Below, piece after piece: positions 1-9,211 of a stretch of 32,000 nucleotides of DNA. The translations under genes and the position numbers were made by a program. The first letter of the stretch is position 1. Every line of letters starts with the position of its first letter. The notes below the pieces were generated by a model, which saw only the letters and a list, made by a program, of their open reading frames with translations, made no database searches and was not told the DNA's origin. The stretch is from Pasteurella multocida (GTDB taxonomy: Bacteria > Pseudomonadota > Gammaproteobacteria > Enterobacterales > Pasteurellaceae): NCBI RefSeq assembly GCF_900187275.1, contig NZ_LT906458.1, positions 1,890,001 through 1,922,000 on the forward strand, read 5' to 3'.

Positions 1-312
1 ATCGCCAACATTGATGTGTGGTTGAATTGCGCCGGTTGTGCCAATGCGTAAGAAGGTGCGAACACCTAATTGTGCCAGTTCTTCAACGGCGATAGAAACT
101 GAAGGTCCACCGATCCCTGTGGAACAGACGACAACAGCTTTATCTCCGATATAACCGAGCCAAGAGGTGAATTCACGGGTCGATGCTAAAAATTTTGGAC
201 GGTCTAAAAGCTTGGCAATTTTTTCGACACGTTCTGGGGCGCCTGGGGTAATCGCTAAAGTGGCGCCTTCTAACATCGCTTTGGTTAAACCTAGATGGAA
301 TACTTCTGACAT
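1..312 (-). CDS. udp: Uridine phosphorylase, N-terminal part (truncated by window edge)
   Basis: Minus-strand translation from ATG at 312: [104 protein letters not shown], strongly Udp-like. GGAG Shine-Dalgarno upstream. Confidence 0.95.
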   Translation of the reverse strand, partial: MSEVFHLGLTKAMLEGATLAITPGAPERVEKIAKLLDRPKFLASTREFTSWLGYIGDKAVVVCSTGIGGPSVSIAVEELAQLGVRTFLRIGTTGAIQPHINVGD

Positions 313-334
313 AATATCTCCTTATTTTATTATG

Positions 335-787
335 CTAGGGTTTAATATCACGCAAAATTGGATTTTGCATTGAGATTAAAGTCTCAGTCGATTGAATTTC
401 ATCAATTAACTGAATTTTTGAGGCTAATACAGAATGTAACTCTGCGATTGTGTGGGTCATCACTTTAATAAAAATCGAGTAATTTCCCGTGGTATAGTAA
501 GCCTCAACAACTTCATCAAAGCCCTCCAGTTTTTTGATCACTTTATCGTAATCTTTTGCACTTTTTAAAATGATCCCGATAAAACAGCATACATCGTAAC
601 CCAGTTTACGTTCATTTATACGCACTTTTGTGCCTTCTATGATGCCTGCTTGGCGCATTTTTTCCACACGTACATGGATAGTTCCTGGGCTCACACCGAA
701 ATTTTTTGCCATTTCAGCGTAAGGTGTACGTGCATCTTTAGTTAAAACACGCAATATTTGCTGATCAAGATTATCAATATTGTGCAT
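335..787 (-). CDS. asnC: Lrp/AsnC family transcriptional regulator AsnC
   Basis: 150 aa with N-terminal HTH (LDQQILRVLTKDARTPYAEMAKNFGVSPGTIHVRVEKM) and Lrp ligand domain; divergent from asnA. Confidence 0.93.
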   Translation of the reverse strand: MHNIDNLDQQILRVLTKDARTPYAEMAKNFGVSPGTIHVRVEKMRQAGIIEGTKVRINERKLGYDVCCFIGIILKSAKDYDKVIKKLEGFDEVVEAYYTTGNYSIFIKVMTHTIAELHSVLASKIQLIDEIQSTETLISMQNPILRDIKP

Positions 788-944
788 AGCTGACCTTTTT
801 TAGAATTTTTTCAAAAATAAATACGTTATATTGTATAAAATTCAAAGTATATCGCTTATTTCAAAAAAAGTATTGAGTTATAGGGCTTTTGTATTAAATA
901 ATATTCAGTGAATTTGATGTAGTATATATTTTAAGGTATCGAAA

Positions 945-1937
945 ATGAAGAAATCATTTATTTTACAACAACAAGAAATTAGTTTTGCGAAGAACACGTT
1001 CACAGAAAAATTAGCAGAACATTTGGGTATTGTTGAAGTTCAAGGTCCTATCCTAAGCCAAGTTGGTAATGGTATTCAAGATAATCTTTCAGGTGCAGAG
1101 AAAGCGGTGCAAGTAAATGTGAAACAGATCACAGATGCCACCTTTGAGGTTGTTCACTCTTTAGCCAAATGGAAACGTCATACACTTGCGCGCTTTAATT
1201 TTGCACAAGGTGAAGGGTTATTTGTGCATATGACGGCACTTCGTCCAGATGAAGATTCTTTAGATCAAACCCATTCTGTGTATGTAGATCAATGGGACTG
1301 GGAAAAAGTGATTTCAGCAGAGCAACGTAACCTTGCCTATTTGAAAGAAACTGTTCGTGCTATTTATGCCGCGATTTTAGAAACGGAAGAAGCGGTAAGT
1401 AAAAAATTCGGTTTAGCCACCTTTTTGCCAAAGGATATTCAGTTTGTACACAGTGAAGAATTAGTACAACGTTTTCCGAACATGAATGATAAAGAGCGTG
1501 AAAATGCGATTTGTAAAGAATATGGCGCGGTGTTCTTAATCGGGATTGGTGGCAAATTATCTGATGGAAAACCACATGATGTACGTGCACCTGATTATGA
1601 TGACTGGACAACGCCATCAGAAGGTGAATACAAAGGATTAAACGGGGATATTTTGGTTTGGAACCCAATTTTAGAACGTGCTTTTGAATTATCTTCCATG
1701 GGGATCCGTGTGGATGAAACCGCATTACGTAAACAGCTTGCTTTAACCAACAATGAAGACCGTTTAAAATTTGATTGGCACCAAGATTTAGTCAATGGTC
1801 GTTTACCGTTATCTATCGGTGGTGGGATTGGGCGCTCACGCTTAGTGATGTTGCTATTACAGAAAAAACACATTGGTGAAGTCCAATCCAGTGTGTGGCC
1901 AAAATGGGTGATGGAGCAGTTTGATAATATTCTTTAA
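945..1937 (+). CDS. asnA: Aspartate--ammonia ligase (asparagine synthetase A)
   Basis: 330 aa, [34 protein letters not shown]...[23 protein letters not shown]; characteristic AsnA sequence and asnC neighbour. Confidence 0.97.
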
Positions 1938-1965
1938 TTATCGTTATTTGTTTCCCTCTTGAACC

Positions 1966-2010
1966 AAAAGTGCGGTGGTTTTTTCCAAGATTTCCACCGC
2001 ACTTTTTTCT
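1966..2010 (+). terminator. Rho-independent terminator of asnA built from two inverted uptake signal sequences
   Basis: AAAAGTGCGGTGG (1966-1978) pairs with CCACCGCACTTTT (1994-2006), followed by T-run; contains AAAGTGCGGT and its reverse complement. Confidence 0.9.
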
Positions 2011-2040
2011 TTCTTATTCTGAAAGGAAAGTAAAGCGATA

Positions 2041-2064
2041 AAAAAAGGGTGGACTGCGCCACCC
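2041..2064 (-). terminator. Rho-independent terminator of murQP
   Basis: On minus strand GGGTGG-CGCAGT-CCACCC followed by TTTTTT, downstream of murP stop. Confidence 0.8.
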
Positions 2065-2119
2065 AAATTTAGATATCCATAATGTTCCTATGAGAAAAAG
2101 TACGGCTTAGCAAAAATGT

Positions 2120-3550
2120 TTAGCTTAAATCGACATCTTTCGTCGCAAAGAAATAGGTTGTGATAAAGCCTGTTGCGTAAGCGACAACGGTACCTAATAA
2201 ATAAGTAGCGATAGCCGGCAATACACCATTCGGCGAGGTCATTAATGGGATCGCAAGTAATCCAGATGGACCAAAGACTGTATTTAACCCCATTGGGAAA
2301 CCTAAGTAGGCGATTAACCCAATAGTAAAGCCGCCCGCGGCACCACCGATACAGGCTGTAATAAACGGTTTTACTCGCGGTAAGGTTACCCCGTAAATCA
2401 GCGGTTCGCCGATACCTAAAAAGCCCGGAATAATTGCCCCTTTGATTTGATCACGCAAGACGGCGCCTTTGTTTGCTTTGAAGTAAAGCGCTAACGCGGC
2501 ACCCACTTGTCCTGCGCCTGCCATAGCAAGCACTGGGAAGAGCGCGTTAAAGCCTTGTGTTTCCACTAAGGCAAAATAGACCGGGACAAAACCTTGGTGA
2601 ATACCGAGCATAACGGAAATAAGGAATAAGCCTGCTAGAACGGCGGTACCCAATGGATTGCCATTTAAGTTAGAGAATAACCAAGACATTCCATTAAAGA
2701 GATACACCCCAATTGGCATGATAAATAAGAAGGTAAAACAACCCATAATTAATAGCGTAACCGTGGAAGTTAATGCCATATCTAAGCTATCAGGAATGAA
2801 TTTTCTGACCCAACGTTCGACTTTTGCCCCAACAATTGCTGCGATTAAAACCCCGATGATGTTACCGCGTGGGTCAATAGTTAAGCCAAAGAAATTGCTT
2901 AATCCAGAATAAATCCCTTTGGTCGCTTCTGGGTTATAGCCCAAGATAAATAAAGAGGCAAGGATTGCGCCGTTGACACCCGAACCCCCAAAGGCTTTCG
3001 CTGCATTATAACCAATCAGAATACTTAAAAAGCTAAATAAGCCTTTACTGAACACTTTCATGTACGCAATCAAATCCACTAAAAACGCATTTGGATTTTC
3101 TACCCCAGCCACAAAGGCTTGTTGCAATACGGTGGCTAAGCCTAGGAGTAAGCCTGCGCCAATAAAACCCGGGATGAGCGGGGTAAAAATAGTGGCAAAC
3201 TTCGCAAAGAATTGATGGATACTACTCGTTTGAGCAGACTTAATTTGTTGTTTTTGGGTGCGTGCAATCTCTTGGAGAGAAGGCGAACTCATGTTATCCC
3301 CTAAGCTGGCTTTCATCATTTCCGCGGCTTTTGTTGCTTTACCCGGACCAAGAATCAGTTGGAGTTGCTCATCCGCTTCGACAACACCTAGCACACCTTG
3401 GATTTTTTTTAACTCGTCTTTATCAACAACGGACGAATCGTGCAAGGTGACACGCAAACGTGTCATACAATTAGTGACACTTTGGATGTTGCTTTTTCCA
3501 CCTAGGTGCTGGATGAGCGAGTGGATCATCGCATTATCAATTGTTGCCAT
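2120..3550 (-). CDS. murP: PTS N-acetylmuramic acid transporter subunit IIBC
   Basis: 476 aa; EIIB region with [13 protein letters not shown] and EIIC membrane domain ([18 protein letters not shown]); directly downstream of murQ. Confidence 0.9.
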   Translation of the reverse strand: MATIDNAMIHSLIQHLGGKSNIQSVTNCMTRLRVTLHDSSVVDKDELKKIQGVLGVVEADEQLQLILGPGKATKAAEMMKASLGDNMSSPSLQEIARTQKQQIKSAQTSSIHQFFAKFATIFTPLIPGFIGAGLLLGLATVLQQAFVAGVENPNAFLVDLIAYMKVFSKGLFSFLSILIGYNAAKAFGGSGVNGAILASLFILGYNPEATKGIYSGLSNFFGLTIDPRGNIIGVLIAAIVGAKVERWVRKFIPDSLDMALTSTVTLLIMGCFTFLFIMPIGVYLFNGMSWLFSNLNGNPLGTAVLAGLFLISVMLGIHQGFVPVYFALVETQGFNALFPVLAMAGAGQVGAALALYFKANKGAVLRDQIKGAIIPGFLGIGEPLIYGVTLPRVKPFITACIGGAAGGFTIGLIAYLGFPMGLNTVFGPSGLLAIPLMTSPNGVLPAIATYLLGTVVAYATGFITTYFFATKDVDLS

Positions 3551-3561
3551 AACGTTCTCCT

Positions 3562-4467
3562 TTATTTAACCAAAGTTAATGCTTGGTGAATAAAACCATT
3601 GGCTTGCGCCAAGCAGTTTTTTGCTTCTTCTGCCGACATATTCAGCAATAGCATGACAATCGCCACTTTACATTGTCCGTTTGATTGTAATAAGGCTTGT
3701 TCCGCTTGTTGGCGATCACATTGCGTCACTTCCATGACAATGTTTTTTTGGCGCTCGACTAATTTCTCGTTGGTTGCCACTACATCGACCATTAAATTAC
3801 CAAAAACTTTGCCTGTTTTTATCATCGCCCCTGTCGTGAGCATATTGAGAATCAATTTTTGTGCGGTACCTGCTTTCATTCGTGAAGAACCCGTAATCAC
3901 TTCAGGACCAACAATAGGTGTGATCGCAATGTTAGCAAGCGCGGCTAAAGCGGAATCCGGATTACAGCTAATGCCTACAGTGACACAGCCAACGTGATTT
4001 GCATATTCGATGCCAGCAAGGACATAGGGGGTGCGACCACTGGCGGCAATACCAACAACCACATCTTTTTCATTCAGCGCTAAGTTACGTAGATCTTGCT
4101 CACCGGCGCTACGGTCATCTTCGGCATTTTCAACTGCTTTTAAAATGGCTTGTTGTCCACCTGCGATGAGTCCCACAACTTGTTCATGGGGGGTACCAAA
4201 CGTTGGTGGGCATTCACTCGCATCTAAAATGCCTAAGCGTCCTGATGTGCCCGCGCCTAAATAGATTAACCGCCCATTTTTCATGAAGGTTTCAGCAATG
4301 GCATCGACCGCTTGGGCGATTTCTGGTAAAACTTTTTCGATAGCAAAAGGAACTTTTTGGTCTTCCTGATTAATAACTGCTAACATGTCTAAAGTTGAAA
4401 GCTGGTCGATATGTGTACTAAATGGATTCCGACTTTCGGTGACGAGCGCATGTATGGCATTTGGCAT
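3562..4467 (-). CDS. murQ: N-acetylmuramic acid 6-phosphate etherase
   Basis: [45 protein letters not shown]...[26 protein letters not shown]; SIS domain. Start at internal Met (4467) preferred over the ORF start at 4482. Confidence 0.95.
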   Translation of the reverse strand: MPNAIHALVTESRNPFSTHIDQLSTLDMLAVINQEDQKVPFAIEKVLPEIAQAVDAIAETFMKNGRLIYLGAGTSGRLGILDASECPPTFGTPHEQVVGLIAGGQQAILKAVENAEDDRSAGEQDLRNLALNEKDVVVGIAASGRTPYVLAGIEYANHVGCVTVGISCNPDSALAALANIAITPIVGPEVITGSSRMKAGTAQKLILNMLTTGAMIKTGKVFGNLMVDVVATNEKLVERQKNIVMEVTQCDRQQAEQALLQSNGQCKVAIVMLLLNMSAEEAKNCLAQANGFIHQALTLVK

Positions 4468-4491
4468 AAAAAATTCCTCCAATGACTTTAC

Positions 4492-4512
4492 TTTGGATTA
4501 TTTTATTCCAAA
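4492..4512. promoter_or_regulatory. Inverted repeat, candidate MurR/RpiR-type operator
   Basis: TTTGGATTATTTTATTCCAAA: TTTGGA-N9-TCCAAA in the murQ/murR divergent region, adjacent to the expected murQ promoter. Confidence 0.35.
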
Positions 4513-4544
4513 ATGCCTCAATAATGGAGATTATTTATTCATTC

Positions 4545-4560
4545 TGTGAGCTTGCTCACT
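4545..4560. promoter_or_regulatory. Candidate CRP binding site
   Basis: TGTGA-GCTTGC-TCACT, 9/10 match to TGTGA-N6-TCACA, in the murQ/murR divergent region. Confidence 0.6.
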
Positions 4561-4586
4561 TTTTATTCTTATACGGGAGCTGCCCT

Positions 4587-5447
4587 ATGGGATTTTTAAT
4601 TAAGCTGAAACATACTTATCCTTCGCTTTCCCCGAATGAACAGCGAATTGCAGACTTTATTTTAAAACATCCACACGAAGTAAAATCTTCTTCATCAAAA
4701 GCGTTAGCAAATCAAATTGCCGTGAGCCAATCTGCGATCATTAAGTTTAGCCAGAAGTTAGGTGCGGATAAATTTAGTGATTTCAAACTGGCGATTAGTG
4801 AGGCATTGATTCGTCAAGAGACACTGTCAGAACCGCGTGTCCATTTACACGACAGTATTACCGATAAAGACGATTTAAGTGAAATTGCAGAAAAACTGTT
4901 TGTAGAAAAACAACAGGCATTGAAAGAAAGTTTAAGTTTGAACGCGATTCCTTATGTTGCGCGTGTAGTTGAGCAGCTCATGCAGGCGAAACGTATTCAG
5001 TTGATGGGCATTGGGAATTCTGCGTTAGTGGCTAAAGATTTCTTTTATAAATTAACGAAAATTGGTTTGCCCGTTGTGACCGAAACGGATACTCATGCTT
5101 CTTTAGCAATGAGCCAGAGTTTAACGCCACAAGATATTCTTTTTTTGATTTCGTTTTCTGGACGCCACCGCGAAATTTTATTGGCGGCAGAGAATGCCAA
5201 AGCTCGCCAGATTAAAATAATCGCGTTGACGGCGTTAACGACCAATCCATTGCATGAATTAGCAGATTATTTACTCTATTCGGTTGCCGATGAGTCCACG
5301 TTTCGTAGTTCATCCATTGCTTCACGAACAGCACAGCATGCGATAACAGACTTGTTATTTATGGGTATCTTGCAACAGAAAGAACATGCCAATGACCTGA
5401 TTTTAGAAAGCCGTGCCTTGATTGGTCAACTGAACAAAGGACGTTAG
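4587..5447 (+). CDS. murR: MurR/RpiR family transcriptional regulator (HTH + SIS domain)
   Basis: MGFLIKLKHTYPSLSPNEQRIADFILKHPHEVKSSSSKALANQIAVSQSAIIKFSQKLG plus SIS domain; divergent from murQP. Start at 4587 preferred over the ORF start at 4482. Confidence 0.85.
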   Translation: MGFLIKLKHTYPSLSPNEQRIADFILKHPHEVKSSSSKALANQIAVSQSAIIKFSQKLGADKFSDFKLAISEALIRQETLSEPRVHLHDSITDKDDLSEIAEKLFVEKQQALKESLSLNAIPYVARVVEQLMQAKRIQLMGIGNSALVAKDFFYKLTKIGLPVVTETDTHASLAMSQSLTPQDILFLISFSGRHREILLAAENAKARQIKIIALTALTTNPLHELADYLLYSVADESTFRSSSIASRTAQHAITDLLFMGILQQKEHANDLILESRALIGQLNKGR

Positions 5448-5504
5448 GACAAGCCAAAAAGTGCGGTGTTTTTTTGGATTTTTTTGTTAAGTGCAAGAGG
5501 TATG

Positions 5505-5520
5505 TGTTCTTTAACAATTT
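5505..5520 (+). promoter_or_regulatory. boxA-like motif in leader of the TAXI-TRAP operon
   Basis: TGTTCTTTAACAATTT, 15/16 identical to the boxA-containing stretch of the E. coli rrn leader (TGCTCTTTAACAATTT); no rRNA nearby. Confidence 0.35.
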
Positions 5521-5540
5521 CTTTACAAGAAAGCAGGAGC

Positions 5541-5633
5541 ATGATAAAAAGCAAACGTTTGCACATGGAAAATCATGAATTGCAACGACATCATTTCGCT
5601 TGCCTCTCCCAACAACACAGGAGCCACGTATGA
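5541..5633 (+). CDS. Candidate 30-aa leader/small protein MIKSKRLHMENHELQRHHFACLSQQHRSHV
   Basis: ATG at 5541 after AAGCAGGAGC; stop TGA (5631-5633) overlaps the ATG (5630-5632) of the solute-binding protein, ATGA coupling. Below the length cut-off of the supplied ORF track. Confidence 0.4.
   Translation: MIKSKRLHMENHELQRHHFACLSQQHRSHV
5549..5564. promoter_or_regulatory. PurR-box-like palindrome (LacI/GalR family type)
   Basis: AAGCAAACGTTTGCAC with perfect 12-bp palindrome GCAAACGTTTGC (5551-5562); resembles E. coli PurR consensus ACGCAAACGTTTTCGT. Confidence 0.4.
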
Positions 5634-6649
5634 AAAAAATGAAATTTACGCTCAGCATTGCAGCAACAACATTATTTGCGCTTTCACTTTCTGCTTGTGA
5701 TGACAAGAAGACCGCAACGGTTTCGACTGCTTCAAGTAATAATCCAACCACCGCGGCAGAGACCCCTGTGAGTGTACAAAGTAAGTTTGTGACAATTGCA
5801 ACAGGTGGTGCGTCAGGACCATACAATATTATTGCGACCACGTTATCAGATATTTACAGCAAATCTTTAAAAACCAATTCAAAAACGCAAACCACAGGTG
5901 CCTCAGTGGAAAACTTGAATTTAATGGCACAGAAAAAAGTGGAAATGGCATTTGTGATGAGTGATGCCTTAAACGATGCACTTAATGGGACAGGGAGCTT
6001 TCCAGCGAAATTAGAAAATGTCACTCAAATGGCGGCGTTATATCCTAATTACGTACAAATTGTCACGTCTAAACGTTCTGGCATTAAAACCATTACCGAT
6101 TTAAAAGGAAAACGTGTCGCCACAGGCGCACAAAACTCAGGGGTGGAAGTGAATGCACGCAATTTATTAGCGGGCTTTGGCATTACTTATTCTGATATTA
6201 ATGTGGATTATTTAGGGTATGCCGAAGCCGCGGATGCGTTAAAAGCGGGATCGATTGACGCAGCATTCTTAACCAGTGGGTTGCCAAACTCCTCATTACT
6301 TGAATTACAACAAAGTTTTGATTTGCAATTGGTGGCGATTCCAGTAGAAGGTGTACAAAAACTCGCCGAGTCTAAGCCGTATTTTAACGCGATGGAAATT
6401 CCTGCGAATACTTATGGTAACGAAGAGCCGATTCCAACCGCGGCAATTAAAAATGCCTTAGTAGTGCGTAAAGATATGAGTGAGGCGGATGTGTATTTAT
6501 TGACGAAAACCTTCTTTGACAGTTTAGCGCAATTACAAACGGCACATCAGGCTGCGAAGGCCGTGAGTTTAGAGGGGGCGCAGCAAGGCTTGGTGGCACC
6601 ATTGCATTCTGGTGCGCAAAAATATTATGACGAAGTGAGTAAAAAATAA
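5630..6649 (+). CDS. TAXI family TRAP transporter solute-binding subunit (predicted lipoprotein)
   Basis: MKKMKFTLSIAATTLFALSLSACDDKK lipobox; VTIATGGASGPYNIIATTLSDIY...KVEMAFVMSDALNDALNGTG typical of TAXI proteins; followed by a fused TRAP permease. Confidence 0.9.
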   Translation: MKKMKFTLSIAATTLFALSLSACDDKKTATVSTASSNNPTTAAETPVSVQSKFVTIATGGASGPYNIIATTLSDIYSKSLKTNSKTQTTGASVENLNLMAQKKVEMAFVMSDALNDALNGTGSFPAKLENVTQMAALYPNYVQIVTSKRSGIKTITDLKGKRVATGAQNSGVEVNARNLLAGFGITYSDINVDYLGYAEAADALKAGSIDAAFLTSGLPNSSLLELQQSFDLQLVAIPVEGVQKLAESKPYFNAMEIPANTYGNEEPIPTAAIKNALVVRKDMSEADVYLLTKTFFDSLAQLQTAHQAAKAVSLEGAQQGLVAPLHSGAQKYYDEVSKK

Positions 6650-6658
6650 GATCAACCT

Positions 6659-7138
6659 ATGTTGAGCAAACGCAGCAAGCTGATGTGGGGATTAGCAGCT
6701 TTCACACTGCTTGCTGGGTTATTGCCAGTTAATTATTTGGTGGTGACGACAGCGCAGACCCGTTGCTATTTGCGTGCACCGGAATTTAGTTTGCAATGGC
6801 GACATTCTGTAGAGCACCAATTGTGGCAGGAGCATTATCGGCATGACGGCAAAAGGCTATTTTTGTACCAGACGTGGTTACAAACCTTTGGTGCTGGCAC
6901 GCCTTCTCAGGGAACCTCTCTCGTTAATGTTCCGCCGGGTTATATTGGTTATGAACAACAGGTTACATTCGCGGAATTAGATTGGGTGGTTTCTCGTCGT
7001 ATGGAAGGCACCATTAATAGCGCGAATTGGCATTTCCCGATTTATCAAACCTTACCCGATTATTCCACTGTCAATATTAAACCAACACAATCGCCTTTGA
7101 TTCTTTTTTTGTTAGGGAGTGCATGTAATGACGGATAA
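6659..7138 (+). CDS. DUF1850-like protein associated with TAXI-TRAP transporters
   Basis: 159 aa with TM start and FSLQWRHSVEHQLWQEHYR motif; lies between the TAXI SBP and the fused permease. Family name assigned from memory of gene context. Confidence 0.7.
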   Translation: MLSKRSKLMWGLAAFTLLAGLLPVNYLVVTTAQTRCYLRAPEFSLQWRHSVEHQLWQEHYRHDGKRLFLYQTWLQTFGAGTPSQGTSLVNVPPGYIGYEQQVTFAELDWVVSRRMEGTINSANWHFPIYQTLPDYSTVNIKPTQSPLILFLLGSACNDG

Positions 7139-9110
7139 AATCCAAACAGATACTACTAATCTCGGTAGCCGAGAACAAGCGATCTTAGAAAAATATGATC
7201 GCGAATCGGTGACCCGACAGACCAATCCTTTGCAAAAAGGGCTCATTACGGTCATTGCCGTGTGCTATTCCTTATTTCATCTCTACATTACGTTTTATCC
7301 TCTACCGACTTTATTACAACGTGCGATTCATGTTGGCGTTGGGGCAATTTTGATTTTTTTAATTTATCCTGCGACACAAAAACATCGGCAGGGTGGTGTC
7401 GCTTGGTATGACTGGCTATGGGTCGGGATTGCTAGCCTTGGCATGGGGTATTTAGTCCATCAGTATAACGACATTATGACGATTCGCGGTGGGATTCCAA
7501 ATACGGCAGATATTGTGGTGGCTATTCTGACGGTATTGGCGGTGTTAGAAGTCACTCGTCGTATAACCGGACTGATTCTCGTACTTTTTGCTTTGCTTTT
7601 CCTTGCGTATCCTTTTGTGAGTTCAATGGATTTTATTCCTGACCGTTTACTGACCCGCCCTTATGATGTGGGGGATATTTTTGGTCAACTTTATCTCAAA
7701 ACCGAAGGGTTATATTCCTCAGCAATCGGCGCCTCGGTGACGTTCATTTTCTTGTTTATTTTGTTTGGTGCCTTTCTTGCTAAATCGGGGATGGGGCAGT
7801 TATTTAATGACATCGCGCTAGCCATTGCCGGCGATAAACAAGGGGGACCGGCGAAAGTGGCGGTGATTTCAAGTGGCTTTATGGGCAGTATTAATGGGGC
7901 GGCAGTGGCAAATGTGGTCAGCACGGGCGCGTTTACGATCCCTTTAATGAAAAAAATCGGCTATCACCGCAATTTTGCCGGGGCAGTAGAAGCAAGTGCT
8001 TCGGTAGGTGGACAAATTCTGCCACCGATTATGGGCGCGAGTGCGTTTATTATGGCGGAAACAACAGGCGTGAGTTACGGCACGATTGCACTTGCCGCAC
8101 TTTTTCCTGCCGTGTTGTATTATCTTGGAGTGATTGCGCAAGTGCATTTCCGTGCGGGTAAACAAAACTTGAAAGGATTGTCAAAAGATCAATTACCGCA
8201 GTTTAAAGCGATTATGAAAGCGCGTGGGCATATGTTATTGCCGATTGTTGCATTGGTGTGGTTTTTGATTGAATCAGTGCCGATTGGTTATGCGGCGGTT
8301 TATACCATTGGGATTACGGTATTAATTAGCCAGTTGCGCAAAGAAACACGTATGGGAATAAAGGAAATTATTGCTGCGTTGGAAGATGGGGCGAAACAAT
8401 CACTGTCGGTCATGGCGGCTTGTGCGGTCGTCGGGATTGTGATTGGCGTGGTGAATTTAACCAGTTTTGGCACAGTAATTACCTCGTCTATTGTGACTTT
8501 GGGGGCAGGCTCGTTATTATTCACCTTATTTTTAACCATGATTGCGTCTATGATTTTAGGCATGGGCTTGCCGTCTATTCCTGCGTATATCATCACGGCA
8601 ACCATGGCTGCACCCGCACTTGCCACGTTTAATGTCCCTGTGTTAGTGGCACATATGTTTGTGTTTTATTTTGGTATTTTCGCCAATATTACGCCTCCGG
8701 TCGCCTTAGCTGCGTTTGCGGGGGCGGGGATTGCACAGGGCGATCCGATGAAAACAGGCTGGCAATCGCTACGTTTGGCATTGGCGGGTTTTATTGTGCC
8801 GTTTATGTTTGTGTATAACCCGAATATGCTGATGATTGATGTGAGCAATGTCGCGGTGACGGCAAAAACCTTCCCACTCCCTCATATCGTTGACATTATC
8901 AGTGTGTTGATTTCTTCGACAATTGGTGTATTAGGTTTATCAGCTGCCACAGAAGGATATTTCAAACAGGCAATGCCAATTTGGCAACGCGTAATATTAG
9001 CTATTGGTTCTTTTATGTTAATTATTCCAGAGCTAATGACAGATTTGATTGGTATCGCAGTGGTGGCGGTCATGATATGGCTGAATTTCCGTCGACCTTC
9101 ATTGCAGTAA
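7128..9110 (+). CDS. TRAP transporter fused permease (small + large membrane subunit)
   Basis: About 660 aa, many TM segments, GFMGSINGAAVANVVSTGAFTIPLMKKIGYHRNFAGAVEASASVGGQILPPIMGA. ATG 7128 preferred over the listed ORF start 7119; overlaps the previous CDS by 11 nt. Confidence 0.93.
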   Translation: MTDKIQTDTTNLGSREQAILEKYDRESVTRQTNPLQKGLITVIAVCYSLFHLYITFYPLPTLLQRAIHVGVGAILIFLIYPATQKHRQGGVAWYDWLWVGIASLGMGYLVHQYNDIMTIRGGIPNTADIVVAILTVLAVLEVTRRITGLILVLFALLFLAYPFVSSMDFIPDRLLTRPYDVGDIFGQLYLKTEGLYSSAIGASVTFIFLFILFGAFLAKSGMGQLFNDIALAIAGDKQGGPAKVAVISSGFMGSINGAAVANVVSTGAFTIPLMKKIGYHRNFAGAVEASASVGGQILPPIMGASAFIMAETTGVSYGTIALAALFPAVLYYLGVIAQVHFRAGKQNLKGLSKDQLPQFKAIMKARGHMLLPIVALVWFLIESVPIGYAAVYTIGITVLISQLRKETRMGIKEIIAALEDGAKQSLSVMAACAVVGIVIGVVNLTSFGTVITSSIVTLGAGSLLFTLFLTMIASMILGMGLPSIPAYIITATMAAPALATFNVPVLVAHMFVFYFGIFANITPPVALAAFAGAGIAQGDPMKTGWQSLRLALAGFIVPFMFVYNPNMLMIDVSNVAVTAKTFPLPHIVDIISVLISSTIGVLGLSAATEGYFKQAMPIWQRVILAIGSFMLIIPELMTDLIGIAVVAVMIWLNFRRPSLQ

Positions 9111-9125
9111 CGCGAGTACATAAAC

Positions 9126-9153
9126 AAAAAGGCGATGGATAATCGCCTTTTTG
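9126..9153. terminator. Rho-independent terminator of the TRAP operon
   Basis: AAAAAGGCGAT-GGATA-ATCGCCTTTTT. Confidence 0.88.
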
Positions 9154-9211
9154 TTGTTGGAATGCAGGGGGAAATCGGTATGAATTCACCGTATGTTCGT
9201 CGTTGTTGTGA

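Noticed and set aside
788-944. AT-rich asnC-asnA intergenic region as a riboswitch or structured RNA
   Set aside because: No convincing stem-loop or known riboswitch motif; an AsnC-regulated divergent promoter is the simplest explanation.
1360-1873. Overlapping minus-strand ORFs inside asnA (121 and 92 aa)
   Set aside because: Antisense shadows of a well-supported conserved gene; low-complexity, unrecognisable translations and no SD evidence.
3258-4264. Plus-strand ORFs of 103, 132 and 77 aa opposite murP/murQ
   Set aside because: Opposite strand to clear murP and murQ coding sequence; translations look like reverse-frame artefacts.
5458-5467. Single USS followed by T-runs after murR as a terminator
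   Set aside because: Only one USS copy and no convincing stem, so I could not support an intrinsic terminator; kept only as an uptake core.
5359-5841. Minus-strand 160-aa ORF across the TRAP leader
   Set aside because: Overlaps murR 3' end, the intergenic leader and the SBP start antisense; no recognisable domain.
8094-8103. GCCGCACTTT in the TRAP permease as a USS
   Set aside because: One mismatch to the 10-base core; not counted.
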